Source: Myxococcales bacterium SG8_38 (GTDB taxonomy: Bacteria; Myxococcota_A; Polyangia; Polyangiales; Houyiibacteriaceae). From it: 64,000 nucleotides of DNA. The position numbers were made by a program, and so were the translations under genes. Below the pieces are notes generated by a model. That model searched no databases. It saw only the letters and a program-made list of their open reading frames with translations, and was not told the DNA's origin. Shown piece by piece: positions 18,047-28,042 of this stretch. The DNA is taken from positions 6,067-70,066 of the forward strand of contig LJTN01000004.1 in assembly GCA_001303415.1 (NCBI GenBank), written 5' to 3'. Every line of letters starts with the position of its first letter. The stretch's first letter is position 1.

Positions 18047-19831
18047 ATGCCAGCACAGGGCAATCCTCTGATCGACGACGGGCTCGTCGACTTCCTCCTC
18101 TACGCGGTTCTCGACGCCGAGTCGCTCTGCCAGCTCGAAGCCTACCAGCAGCACTCGAAAGAGACCTTCGACCTGTACATCGACAGTGTCCGACGTTTCG
18201 CACGGCAGGATCTTTGGCCGACGTACAAGCCCATGGATGAGAACCCACCCGTGTTTCGGGATGGCCGGATCCATACGCACCCGGGGCTTCCCGCCCTCTT
18301 CGAGCAGATGGTCGACTTGGGTGTGCTGAGTGCAACTCGATCCGAATCGGTCGGCGGCCAACAGATGCCCATGCTGGTGCACACCTTGGCCAGCGCGTAT
18401 CTCATGGCGGCAAACCTCGGCGCTTACGGCTTCATCGGGCTCACGCACGGCGCAGCACATCTGATCGAAGCGTTTGGCGACGACGAGCTCAAGACGCAGT
18501 TCATGGAGCGGATGTACGCGGGCGAATGGACCGGCACGATGGCTCTGACCGAGCCTCACGCCGGAAGCAGCCTGGCCGACATCACGACGACCGCCACCCC
18601 CACGGACCACGACTACTACCTGATCAAGGGAAGCAAAATCTTCATCTCCGGTGCGGACCACGGCATCACGGACAACGTGATCAATCTGACCCTGGCTCGC
18701 ATCGAAGGCGCACCCGAAGGGACCAAGGGCATTTCTCTATTCGCGGTCCCCAAGCTTCGCGAGGAGGGCGGCCGGCTCGTTTCGAACGACGTCACGGTCG
18801 CAGGCCTCATCCACAAGATCGGGTGGAAAGGCCTCCCCAGCTTGGCGCTCGAGTTTGGCGACGAAGGCGATTGTCGGGGTTGGCTGGTCGGAGAGCCCAA
18901 CCAAGGGCTTCGATACATGTTTCAGATGATGAACCAAGCCCGCATCATGGTCGGCGTCAACGCCGCCGCTACCGCCTCCGCCGCCTACCACGAATCGCGA
19001 TTGTACGCGCTCGATCGCAAGCAAGGGCGCAAGCTGGGTACGCGTGACAGCGAGCCGGTGCCGATCATCGAGCACGCCGACGTCCGGCGCATGCTGCTGC
19101 GGCAAAAGGCGATCGTGGAAGGAAGCCTCGCCCTTCTGGCAACCGTTGCCAAGTACGCAGACGTCGCGGATCACGGAACGACCGAGCAAGAACGCGAAAG
19201 AGCGCAGCTGCTGCTCGACCTGTTGACTCCCGTCGCCAAGACGTTCCCTGCCGAGCGAGGGTTCGAAGCCAATGCGCTGGCGATTCAGATCCACGGCGGA
19301 TACGGCTACACCAGCGAGTATCTTCCGGAGGCGTTCATGCGCGATCAGAAGCTCAATAGCCTCCACGAGGGCACGAGCGGAATCCAAAGCATGGACCTGC
19401 TGGGCCGCAAGGTCATGTCCAAGGGCGGCGCGCCGCTGCGAGCTCTCGCCGAAGAATTGACCAGCGCCATCGGCCGCGCCAGGGAGTCGGGTTGCGACCG
19501 AGACTTGTGTGATGCGCTCGAGAGGGCCGTCGAAACGGTGGGCGCGACCACGATGCAGCTGGGCCAACGCGGAATGTCGGGTGACACCGATGGCATGCTA
19601 GGGCACAGCTGGGATTACCTCGACATGTTCGCAACGCTGGTAATCGGCTGGCAATGGCTCCTCATGGATGCGGCTGCTCACACATCCTCCATCTCCGAAA
19701 CGCGAAGGCGAGGAATCGAGGCAGCGGCCAGGTATTGGATCCAAACCGAGATACCCCGGATTTCGATCCTGGCGAACCTCTGCTTGTCGAACGAACGCTC
19801 GTACATCGATGCGGAGGCGGATTGGTTCTGA
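18047..19831 (+). CDS. long-form acyl-CoA dehydrogenase (about 590 aa, extended N- and C-terminal domains)
   Basis: GTMALTEPHAGSSLADI and QIHGGYGYTSEY motifs. The length and C-terminal extension are typical of the 600-aa ACAD subgroup. Confidence 0.8.
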   Translation: MPAQGNPLIDDGLVDFLLYAVLDAESLCQLEAYQQHSKETFDLYIDSVRRFARQDLWPTYKPMDENPPVFRDGRIHTHPGLPALFEQMVDLGVLSATRSESVGGQQMPMLVHTLASAYLMAANLGAYGFIGLTHGAAHLIEAFGDDELKTQFMERMYAGEWTGTMALTEPHAGSSLADITTTATPTDHDYYLIKGSKIFISGADHGITDNVINLTLARIEGAPEGTKGISLFAVPKLREEGGRLVSNDVTVAGLIHKIGWKGLPSLALEFGDEGDCRGWLVGEPNQGLRYMFQMMNQARIMVGVNAAATASAAYHESRLYALDRKQGRKLGTRDSEPVPIIEHADVRRMLLRQKAIVEGSLALLATVAKYADVADHGTTEQERERAQLLLDLLTPVAKTFPAERGFEANALAIQIHGGYGYTSEYLPEAFMRDQKLNSLHEGTSGIQSMDLLGRKVMSKGGAPLRALAEELTSAIGRARESGCDRDLCDALERAVETVGATTMQLGQRGMSGDTDGMLGHSWDYLDMFATLVIGWQWLLMDAAAHTSSISETRRRGIEAAARYWIQTEIPRISILANLCLSNERSYIDAEADWF

Positions 19832-19840
19832 GCCCCGCCG

Positions 19841-20311
19841 TCAATCGGTGTTCTTGGCGCGCTTTTGCGCGATTTTTTGCCGGCACACCCGGTTGATGAG
19901 GCGGAGCTCCTCGATCTTCTCGTCGATCTGACGTTTCTTCGCCTCGAGCTCCGCGATCATCTCCGCACTCTTGTGGACCGAGACCTCCAACTGCTTGATG
20001 CGGCCCTCTCCCTGGCGGCCGTAGAGGTCCAGATAGTCCTTGGTTTCCTCGAGGCTATAGCCGAGTGATTTCGCCCGCACGATGATGTGAAGCCGCGCGC
20101 GGTCGCGGCGCGAGTAGATGCGGGCGCCATTGAGCCGTCTGGGTGACAACAGACCCTTCGCCTCGTAGAAGCGGATCGCACGATGGGTGATGGCAAACTC
20201 CTCCGAAAGGTCGGAAATGGAGAAGAAGTCCGGGGCCTCCGCATGGCCGTGGGCGTCCACGAATGCTCTTGCGGCATCGGTGCGGGCGGTAGTTTTCGAC
20301 GCGACGGCCAT
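19841..20311 (-). CDS. MerR-family transcriptional regulator (LiuR-like)
   Basis: HTH FSISDLSEEFAITHRAIRFYEAKGLL plus a C-terminal coiled coil. It is divergent from the BKACE-scoAB operon. Confidence 0.8.
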   Translation of the reverse strand: MAVASKTTARTDAARAFVDAHGHAEAPDFFSISDLSEEFAITHRAIRFYEAKGLLSPRRLNGARIYSRRDRARLHIIVRAKSLGYSLEETKDYLDLYGRQGEGRIKQLEVSVHKSAEMIAELEAKKRQIDEKIEELRLINRVCRQKIAQKRAKNTD

Positions 20312-20373
20312 GGGCGTGGAGAATAGCGCCGACCAGTTGTCGTGACAACAGAAGATTTACTTGCATCGCATCT

Positions 20374-20393
20374 GGTTTACGTATACGTAAACC
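20374..20393. promoter_or_regulatory. perfect 20-bp palindrome GGTTTACGTATACGTAAACC, candidate MerR-type operator
   Basis: Read directly from the sequence. It lies in the AT-rich 126-bp spacer between the MerR gene (start 20311) and the BKACE gene (ATG 20438). Confidence 0.5.
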
Positions 20394-20437
20394 GTGCCGC
20401 GAGCTCGCGGGCTGAACCAACCATTCGAGAGAACGAC

Positions 20438-21295
20438 ATGGACAAGGCGATCATCACCTGCGCGCTGACCGGCGTGCTTACCAATCCGAAACAACACCCC
20501 GTCCCCGTGACGCCCGAGGAAATGGCTGCATCCGCACGCGATGCTTTCAACGCCGGGGCGTCGATCATGCACGTTCACTTCCGAAGGCAGGAGCCCGGGA
20601 TGGGGCACTTCCCAAGCTGGGATCCGGACCTTGCAGCCACGGCGACCGATGCGATTCGGGACGCCTGTCCGGGCGTGATCATCAATCAGAGCACCGGCGT
20701 GATGGACGATGACGTCTCCGGTCCGGTCGCGTGCCTACGTCGCATCAAGCCCGAGATCGCGGCATGCAACGCGGGCAGTCTCAACTACCTGAAGCTCAAG
20801 AAGGACAATACTTGGGCATGGCCTCCCCTCGTGTTCCTCAACAGCGTGGAGAAGATTCAGAAGATGCTCGACGCGATGGCCGAGACCAACACCATTCCGG
20901 AAATGGAGTGTTTCGACGTAGGCATCGTGCGCTCCGTAGGACTCTATCTGCGGGCCGGCATGGCCAAAGAGATGCATTACAACTTCGTGATGGGTGTCGC
21001 CTCCGGGATGCCATGCGATCCCGAGCTGCTCGAGCTTCTGATGAAGTACAAGAGTGGCGACGCACACTGGCAAGCCACTCTGATCGGCCGCGAAGAGATC
21101 TGGGAAACGCATCAACGTGCGGCGGAGCTCGGCGGAATGCTCAGAACCGGCGTCGAAGACACTTTTTATTTGCCGAACGGAGACAAGGCCTCGGGCAACG
21201 GCCCACTCATCGAGGCGCTCGCGCAGTGCGCACGCAACGCAGGCCGAGAGGTCGCCACGCCCGCTGAAGCGAGGAAAATGCTGGGCCTCGACTGA
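20438..21295 (+). CDS. beta-keto acid cleavage enzyme (BKACE / 3-keto-5-aminohexanoate cleavage, DUF849)
   Basis: MDKAIITCALTG ... PVTPEEMAASARDAFNAGASIMHVHFR ... IINQSTG matches the BKACE N-terminal signature. Confidence 0.75.
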   Translation: MDKAIITCALTGVLTNPKQHPVPVTPEEMAASARDAFNAGASIMHVHFRRQEPGMGHFPSWDPDLAATATDAIRDACPGVIINQSTGVMDDDVSGPVACLRRIKPEIAACNAGSLNYLKLKKDNTWAWPPLVFLNSVEKIQKMLDAMAETNTIPEMECFDVGIVRSVGLYLRAGMAKEMHYNFVMGVASGMPCDPELLELLMKYKSGDAHWQATLIGREEIWETHQRAAELGGMLRTGVEDTFYLPNGDKASGNGPLIEALAQCARNAGREVATPAEARKMLGLD

Positions 21296-21338
21296 AACCC
21301 CGGATTGTCAGACGCAGAGGCGGGAGCTAGAGACAACC

Positions 21339-22043
21339 ATGGTCAACAAGGTATATTCAGACGCTTCGGCAGCGCTCGACGGGCTCTTGCGCGATGGCAT
21401 GACGCTGATGTCCGGAGGGTTCGGGTTGTGTGGAATCCCGGAGGCCTTGATCGACGCTGTCGCGAAATCCGGCGTGAAGGATTTGACCGTAATTTCCAAC
21501 AACGCCGGCGTCGACGGGATCGGCCTCGGCGTGATGCTCGAAACACGTCAGATCCGCAAGATGGTTTCATCGTACGTCGGAGAGAACAAGCTGTTCGCGA
21601 AACAGTTTCTCGACGGCGATCTGACCGTGGAGTTCAATCCCCAAGGCACGCTCGCCGAACGCATTCGTGCAGGCGGCGCGGGCATCCCTGCATTCTTCAC
21701 CAAGACGGGCGTGGGAACCGTGGTGGCTGAAGGCAAAGAGGTTCGCGAGTTCGACGGGGAGCAGTACGTGATGGAGCGCGCGCTCCATGCCGACGTTGCG
21801 ATCGTTCATGCCTGGAAAGGCGACACGGAGGGCAATCTCATCTATCGCAAGACCGCGAGAAACTTCAATCCCATGATGGCCACGGCGGCGAAGACGACGG
21901 TCGCGGAGGTCGAGCATCTGGTCGAACCAGGCGAGCTCGAGCCCGATCACATCATGACGCCAGGAATCTACGTGGACCGGATCATTCACTGCCCCAACCC
22001 CTCGAAGCACATCGAGCAACGGACGACGCGTCCGCGCCCCTGA
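21339..22043 (+). CDS. scoA: 3-oxoacid CoA-transferase subunit A
   Basis: Internal ATG 21339. [19 protein letters not shown] and ISNNAG motifs. Confidence 0.85.
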   Translation: MVNKVYSDASAALDGLLRDGMTLMSGGFGLCGIPEALIDAVAKSGVKDLTVISNNAGVDGIGLGVMLETRQIRKMVSSYVGENKLFAKQFLDGDLTVEFNPQGTLAERIRAGGAGIPAFFTKTGVGTVVAEGKEVREFDGEQYVMERALHADVAIVHAWKGDTEGNLIYRKTARNFNPMMATAAKTTVAEVEHLVEPGELEPDHIMTPGIYVDRIIHCPNPSKHIEQRTTRPRP

Positions 22044-22050
22044 GGAGGAG

Positions 22051-22697
<647 letters not shown>

Positions 22698-22701
<4 letters not shown>

Positions 22702-24005
22702 CCCATTACCAGCAACACCGCCCCGACGTAGAGGCCCATGCCGATCGCCAGGATCGCGGTATAGCCAGCGATCTGACGCGCCTTCAAGCCGGTGATCGCG
22801 AGAAGCGGCAGCGCCCAGAACGGCTGCAATAGGTTGGTCCACTGGTCACCATAGGCAAAGGCCATGATGGTAGGTCCCGGCGCGAGCTCGAGCTCGCTAG
22901 TTGTCGTCAAGAGTATCTCGCTCTGCAAAGCCCACTGCCCACCACCGGACGGGACGAAGAAGTTCACGAACCCGGCGCTCAAGAAAGTGAGCACCGGGAA
23001 AGTCGTGGGAGACGCGATCGCTGACATCAGTTGGGAAAGGCCCTCGATGATGCCGCTCGCCTGCATGACGCCGAGGATGCCGAAGTAGAGCGGGAACTGC
23101 ACGATGATCGCGCCGGCGCCGCGTGCCCCTTCGGATACGGAATCCAGAAAGCTTCGGATCGAGCCGTGCGCCGCAAGAGCCAGCGTCAAGAAGAACAGAT
23201 TCACGGAGTTGAGATCGAACTGAAGATCACCGCGCGCCCAGCTCACAGCGACCACCACGCCAGCCGACCCGCCGATCAAGAGGCCAAAGGGGGATCGCTT
23301 CGTAGGTTGCGCGGTCTCGCTCTCGCTGGGCAACGGCTCCGGAATGGCCGACTTCTTCGGTGCGAGGGCCACGCACAACAAGGGTAGCAACACGAAGAGC
23401 CCTCCGCTGACCACCAAATTGAGCGGCGAGAACAGGGTTTCGCTGACGGGGATCGCCTCCGTCGCACCCTGGGTGAAACTCGCCGATTCGGCAGCCTTCA
23501 GTGGTGCCGAGCCGCTCAGTCCTCCATGCCAAACGGCGAGCCCGGTGTATGCGGCGGCGCCCAATACGGGAATGTCCATGGGTCGGCCTTCTTCGGCGGC
23601 GCCATGCGCGATCTCCCGCACGACGAAGGCGGCTACCACCGCTCCGAGCCCCCACTGAATCAACCCCGTGACACAGGCAATGACTGCCACCAGGCCCGCA
23701 GCCGAGGAGGTGCGCTTTGGCAACCGCGCCACGGCGCGAACGGCCTTTTGGACCGGCGGGCTCGACGCCAACGCTTGTCCGGTCACGAGAATGAGGCACA
23801 TCTGCAGAGCGAATGCGAGCAACGGGGTGCTGGCAAAGCCGCCATACCATCCCTGCAAGACGGAGCTCGCGGATCCGGAAAGCGCAAAGCCAGCCGACAA
23901 CGTGATCAACGTCAAGGCGAGCGCCAATACGAACGGATCGGGTACCCAACGATAAGCCCACCGGCTGAATGCCTCTCCAAGCCGAGCCAACATGGCGCGG
24001 ACCAT
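22698..24005 (-). CDS. atoE: short-chain fatty acid transporter (AtoE family)
   Basis: 435-aa polytopic protein whose N-terminus [18 protein letters not shown] is typical of AtoE. It converges on scoB with overlapping stop codons. Confidence 0.75.
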
Positions 24006-24319
24006 ACCACCAAGTCCCCCGGCTTGGCTCGAACCGCGCGGAGCGTAGACGCATCACGCCAGAACGTCGCGGCTCGACGGGTCTCGTTCGAACATTCGCG
24101 TGGTGAATGGGCACTCCGATCGGATCTGCCTGCCAGTCTCGCGAGCCCATTCGACCATACCATCGAAGAACCGGCGTCCACGTAGATCGATTTCTTCTGC
24201 TTCCTCAGTCATGGCTTTTGAGGAAGTATAGAACTGTAACGCTTTGGCACCAGAGCTTGCTCGCGCTCTCCTTTGACTTGCCAGCGCTGCGTTCGGGGCG
24301 CAGCATCGGCTCGAGATCC

Positions 24320-25831
24320 ATGGATGTCACCGCTTCCCGGGCAGCGTTGCATCGCCAGCACGCGAACTTGGTCCCACCCGGCTCCTTCGAGCCTCGCAAC
24401 CACTTCTACTCTCGGGTGCTAAATGCTCAGATCCACCCGTTGGTGTCTTTCTTTCTGCGGATGTCCAACCGCCGGATCGTCAACCGATACTGTCACTTGA
24501 ATCCCCGCGTGGATCCGCAGGCCCTAGAAGACGTGCTCAGCTACTCGCCCAAGCATTTTCAGTGGGCCGGCGCCGATCTCTTCTGCACCACCACCGCCGC
24601 GGGGAATCGAAGGCTGGTCGTCATCGAGACGAATTCCTGCCCCTCGGGTAACAAGTCGATGCCCATCCCGTCGGACGACGACGAGCAGGCCGGCTATCGC
24701 AAGCTGATCGAAACGGCCTTTCTCCCCTTGATTTCGAAGCGAAAAGGGACTTCCGGCGACCTCGCGGTGCTGTTCGACAAAAACCACATGGAAGCCTCGG
24801 GCTACGCCGCGGTCATCGCCGACCTCACGGGAGAGGACGTCTTTCTCACGCCGTTTCCGGACGCAACCGAGGATCCTCCGGCGAGATTCACCGACGGCCT
24901 GCTCGAAGTCAGAGACGCACAGGGGCGGTGGCGGCCCATCCGCGCTGCGTTTCGCTACGTGACGCAGAAGCCCTGGAACCGAATTCCGATTCGAACACGC
25001 ACCCGCATCTTGAATCCGGTGCTGACCTGCCTTTCGGGCGGGCGCAACAAGCTCGTCGCGATGAAGGCATACGAGCTCTACAACGCCGAGCTCGAGGGCT
25101 CGGGGCTCCACATCCGGACTCCGCAAACGATCGGGGACGTGGCCAAGGAAGAGGTGCCGCTCTGGGTTCGCCGCTTCGGCGGCCACGCCGTCGTGAAGGT
25201 TCCCTACAGCAATGCAGGTCAGGGCGTGTTCACGATCGTGAACGAGCGCGAGCTACATCGGTTCATGGAGATCGACCACCCCTACGACCGCTTCGTGGTG
25301 CAAAGTCTGATCGGGAACTACGTATGGAGCTCGGTGGAGCGCGTAGGACGCTTCTATCACGTCGGCACGATTCCAGATCGGCACGGGCACATCTACGTCG
25401 CCGACCTCAGGGTGATGGTCTGTGGCGGGGCAACGGGCTTTCGACCTCTCGCGGTGTATGCGCGACGCTCCAGAAAGCCCCTGCCTGCCGTCCTGGAAGA
25501 GGGGGAATCGTCCTGGGAAGTCTTGGGAACCAATCTTTCGGAGCGACAGCCGGATGGCAGCTGGACCGCGTCGACTGACCGGTTGCTGTTGATGGATCGG
25601 CGTGACTTCAACACCATCGGGATCGGAACCGACGATCTCATCGAGGCCTACATCCAGTCGGTGCTGGCAGCCATCGCCATCGACAAGATGACCGCGATGC
25701 TCCTCACGCAAAAGGGCGGACTGCGCCGGGGGCTATTCCGATCCCTCGATGACGATGACGCGCTGTTCGACGAGATCCGCGAGGGCGCCAAAGGCGCAAA
25801 GACCATCGTGCCGGACCCTCCAAAGGATTGA
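24320..25831 (+). CDS. ATP-grasp-like amidoligase, apparently circularly permuted; function unknown
   Basis: A canonical E-x-N..PSG Mg/ATP motif ([12 protein letters not shown]) lies near the N-terminus. It sits upstream of the Lys/Gly-loop ([16 protein letters not shown]), the hinge (FVVQSLI) and the D-x-R strand (ADLRVMV). The start is uncertain (ATG 24320 chosen; the ORF is open from 24107). Confidence 0.55.
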   Translation: MDVTASRAALHRQHANLVPPGSFEPRNHFYSRVLNAQIHPLVSFFLRMSNRRIVNRYCHLNPRVDPQALEDVLSYSPKHFQWAGADLFCTTTAAGNRRLVVIETNSCPSGNKSMPIPSDDDEQAGYRKLIETAFLPLISKRKGTSGDLAVLFDKNHMEASGYAAVIADLTGEDVFLTPFPDATEDPPARFTDGLLEVRDAQGRWRPIRAAFRYVTQKPWNRIPIRTRTRILNPVLTCLSGGRNKLVAMKAYELYNAELEGSGLHIRTPQTIGDVAKEEVPLWVRRFGGHAVVKVPYSNAGQGVFTIVNERELHRFMEIDHPYDRFVVQSLIGNYVWSSVERVGRFYHVGTIPDRHGHIYVADLRVMVCGGATGFRPLAVYARRSRKPLPAVLEEGESSWEVLGTNLSERQPDGSWTASTDRLLLMDRRDFNTIGIGTDDLIEAYIQSVLAAIAIDKMTAMLLTQKGGLRRGLFRSLDDDDALFDEIREGAKGAKTIVPDPPKD

Positions 25832-25839
25832 CGCGGCGA

Positions 25840-26817
25840 TCAGGCTCGCTGCTCAAACGCCTCGATGACGGCGCCGCTAAAATCCCGACCGTAGAGACGC
25901 TCGCTAGGATGAAGCCCACCTGGACTGAACACGTTCAGCTCGAGTATCCGGCCGCCCACGAAATCCACACCCACGTGAAAGAGCCCCTCCCGTCGTAGGT
26001 GGGGTGCGATTTGCGCAACCGCCTCTTGCATGGCGTCGGTGACGCCGGACGGCTGGGCAGCTCCTCCCACGTGGAGATTGCTTCGAAAGTCTCCACCCCT
26101 CGGCACTCGGGCGATGACCGCCGGCTGGCCGTCGACCTCGAGGATCCGGCCGTTCACGACGGTCACGCGAACGTCTCCACGGTCGGCGCCGGGGACGAAC
26201 TCCTGCACCATCGCATAGCCGCGCCGCAGCACGACCTCGATGATCTGCTTCGTGTTGGCCTGCGGGCCGGCCGGCTCGAGGACGAAAACATCGCGACCTC
26301 GGGTCCCATCGAGGGGCTTGATGACGATCCGGTTCGACGCCTCGTCGAGAAATCGTTCGATGACCGCGACGTCGCGCGTGATCAGGGTGCGTGGCCTCAA
26401 GGAGGCAGGAGCCTCCAGAAGAGAGAGCTTCGTCTGCGCCCGGCAAAGACCTCGCGGGTGGTTGATGACGCGGACACCCTGCTCGTCCAGTCGCTCGAGT
26501 AGACGAAGGGCCGCCACGTGCTCGGCCCGGCGCGCCTCGTCCCTACCTGGGTTCGTCCGGATGATGCACAAGTCCTGCTCGCCGAGCGCCCGACTCGACG
26601 CTCGGCCTCTGAGGAGCTCCTCGACTACGGCTGCCGGCTCGGTCGCTTCGACACGGCAACCGAGCCCTCGAAGGGTTCCATCGTCGTTCACCGTGAAATC
26701 GCCAACGCCGCAGACCAGAACCTCGTGCCCTCGCCTCGCAGCGGCGCTGATCAAGAGCGTGGTGGTCTGCTCGACGGAGGGCTCCCGCCGATCGTTCACG
26801 ACGAAGCAGAACCGCAT
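25840..26817 (-). CDS. glutathione synthetase-like (GshB/RimK-type) ATP-grasp ligase
   Basis: IVIKPLDGTRGRDVF, GDVRVTVVNG, ARVPRGGDFRSNLHVGG and ILELNVFSPGG parallel E. coli GshB motifs. The ATG at 26817 overlaps the upstream stop (TGATG). Confidence 0.75.
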   Translation of the reverse strand: MRFCFVVNDRREPSVEQTTTLLISAAARRGHEVLVCGVGDFTVNDDGTLRGLGCRVEATEPAAVVEELLRGRASSRALGEQDLCIIRTNPGRDEARRAEHVAALRLLERLDEQGVRVINHPRGLCRAQTKLSLLEAPASLRPRTLITRDVAVIERFLDEASNRIVIKPLDGTRGRDVFVLEPAGPQANTKQIIEVVLRRGYAMVQEFVPGADRGDVRVTVVNGRILEVDGQPAVIARVPRGGDFRSNLHVGGAAQPSGVTDAMQEAVAQIAPHLRREGLFHVGVDFVGGRILELNVFSPGGLHPSERLYGRDFSGAVIEAFEQRA

Positions 26818-27863
26818 CAATGGCTCCCTTGCAAGACCGGCGGGGTCGCGGGGCGCCGTTGAAAGCCGTGGTCTGGCGAGGCGATCACGCCCAAGTGCAG
26901 GATTCGCGCACCGGTTTGGCCCACCGGATTGACGCTCTTGCCCACCACGATGCCGTCTTGTGGCGCGTGGTACTCGCGGATCACGTCCCCGAAGGCATTC
27001 CGAAGCACCGCGACGCGCTCACCGCGACTCACCAGCTCGGTGGGACGTGGAAGCACCTCCAAGAGCCCACCGCGATCGGTGTACATCCAGAACGAGCGCT
27101 CGCACAAGATGGGCTCGTTGCCTTCGGCCACGGGACGCTTTGGGAGCATGCCCGCCGCCGCGAGCACGGTCCGAAGGCCAATCCGCGACGATTTCACGAA
27201 GCTCGGCTGGAAACGCTGAGGGTCTCCCACCTCCAAGGTGATGGACGGAATCCCAAGATCCATCGCGGCGCCCCGCAGCGTGTAGTCCGACGGTGGATTG
27301 TGGACGATGATTTGCGGCCGTTGCAGGTAGGCCATGGTCGCCGTCGCGGGCTGCGTCATGTCGGCACGCACGTAAAGTGAGTTGACGCGGCCGAAGCTCG
27401 CCGTGTGCAAGTCGACCAAATAGTCGAAGCGTTTGACGATTCGGTCGAGGACTCGGTGTGCATACACCTCGGCGACGTCCCCATCCTCGCGCCCCGGGAA
27501 GATGTGATTCAGGTCACCGCCGTCGACGAACTCGCGTTGATGCCGATGAAGACCCGGCACGTTGACCACGACCACGGCCACGAGCGCACCCTGGAGCTGT
27601 CGCGGGTCGATGTGGTGCATCAGGTCGTGAATAACCCGGATTCCGTTGAGCTCGTTGCCGTGAACGGCAGCGGTCAGCCCGAAGACCGGACCATCGCGCT
27701 TGCCGCGCGCCACCAAGACCGGCAGCAGAATGTCTTGGGCCAGGCCATTGGCGACGAGATCGATGTAGAGGCGTGAAACCTCCCCCCGCGGAAAGTCCTC
27801 GATGACGAGCTCGCGATTCCGGAAGACCGGGCTTGTCGCGCCGTTGCGAAGGTCGCCTTTCAT
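26817..27863 (-). CDS. succinylglutamate desuccinylase/aspartoacylase (AstE/AspA, M14-like) family deacylase
   Basis: Zn-ligand contexts AAVHGNELNG and LVDLHTAS. ATG 27863 chosen as the start. Confidence 0.75.
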   Translation of the reverse strand: MKGDLRNGATSPVFRNRELVIEDFPRGEVSRLYIDLVANGLAQDILLPVLVARGKRDGPVFGLTAAVHGNELNGIRVIHDLMHHIDPRQLQGALVAVVVVNVPGLHRHQREFVDGGDLNHIFPGREDGDVAEVYAHRVLDRIVKRFDYLVDLHTASFGRVNSLYVRADMTQPATATMAYLQRPQIIVHNPPSDYTLRGAAMDLGIPSITLEVGDPQRFQPSFVKSSRIGLRTVLAAAGMLPKRPVAEGNEPILCERSFWMYTDRGGLLEVLPRPTELVSRGERVAVLRNAFGDVIREYHAPQDGIVVGKSVNPVGQTGARILHLGVIASPDHGFQRRPATPPVLQGSH

Positions 27864-27938
27864 CTGGGTCCGCGCAACTCTGACACCGCCCCGCAGCCCG
27901 CGCACGTGCCCTGGTCTCGGGCGCCGAAACGGCGCCAG

Positions 27939-27977
27939 TGCAAGCCTTGCACATGCAGTGAGGGCAAGTTTTGCACT
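27939..27977. promoter_or_regulatory. cluster of (T/G)GCA-N5-(T/G)GCA repeats incl. 15-bp palindrome GTGCAAGCCTTGCAC; candidate enhancer (UAS)
   Basis: Read directly: GTGCAAGCCTTGCAC at 27939-27953, TGCAgtgagGGCA at 27955-27967, and GGCAagtttTGCAC at 27964-27977. The core is the same as the sites at 32176-32228. Confidence 0.35.
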
Positions 27978-28026
27978 CGGCGGCCCCCCGAGCCTTGCTT
28001 TCTACGTTCTTGACTTCGATTCAATT

Positions 28027-28042
28027 TGGCACCGATTATGCA
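28027..28042 (+). promoter_or_regulatory. sigma-54-like -24/-12 element TGGCACcgattaTGCA
   Basis: GG-N10-GC spacing is correct. However, it overlaps ATG 28038 and also sits inside a sigma-70-like TTGACT-N17-GATTAT (28011-28039). Confidence 0.3.

Noticed and set aside
24200-24226. Inverted repeat CTTCCTCA-N11-TGAGGAAG in the atoE / ATP-grasp intergenic region
   Set aside because: The arms are only 8 bp, no second copy is visible, and no linked regulator is present. It could be chance or a minor operator, with insufficient support.
24245-24260. TGGCACcagagcTTGC upstream of the permuted ATP-grasp gene as a sigma-54 promoter
   Set aside because: The GG and GC dinucleotides are separated by 11 nt instead of the strictly conserved 10 nt. 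No TGCA-N5-TGCA site lies upstream. I keep it only as a weak possibility.
27924-27938. Minus-strand TGGCGCcgtttcgGC as a sigma-54 promoter for the deacylase/GshB-like operon
   Set aside because: Both elements are weak (TGGCGC, CGGC). It also abuts the palindrome at 27939 directly, leaving no enhancer-to-promoter distance.
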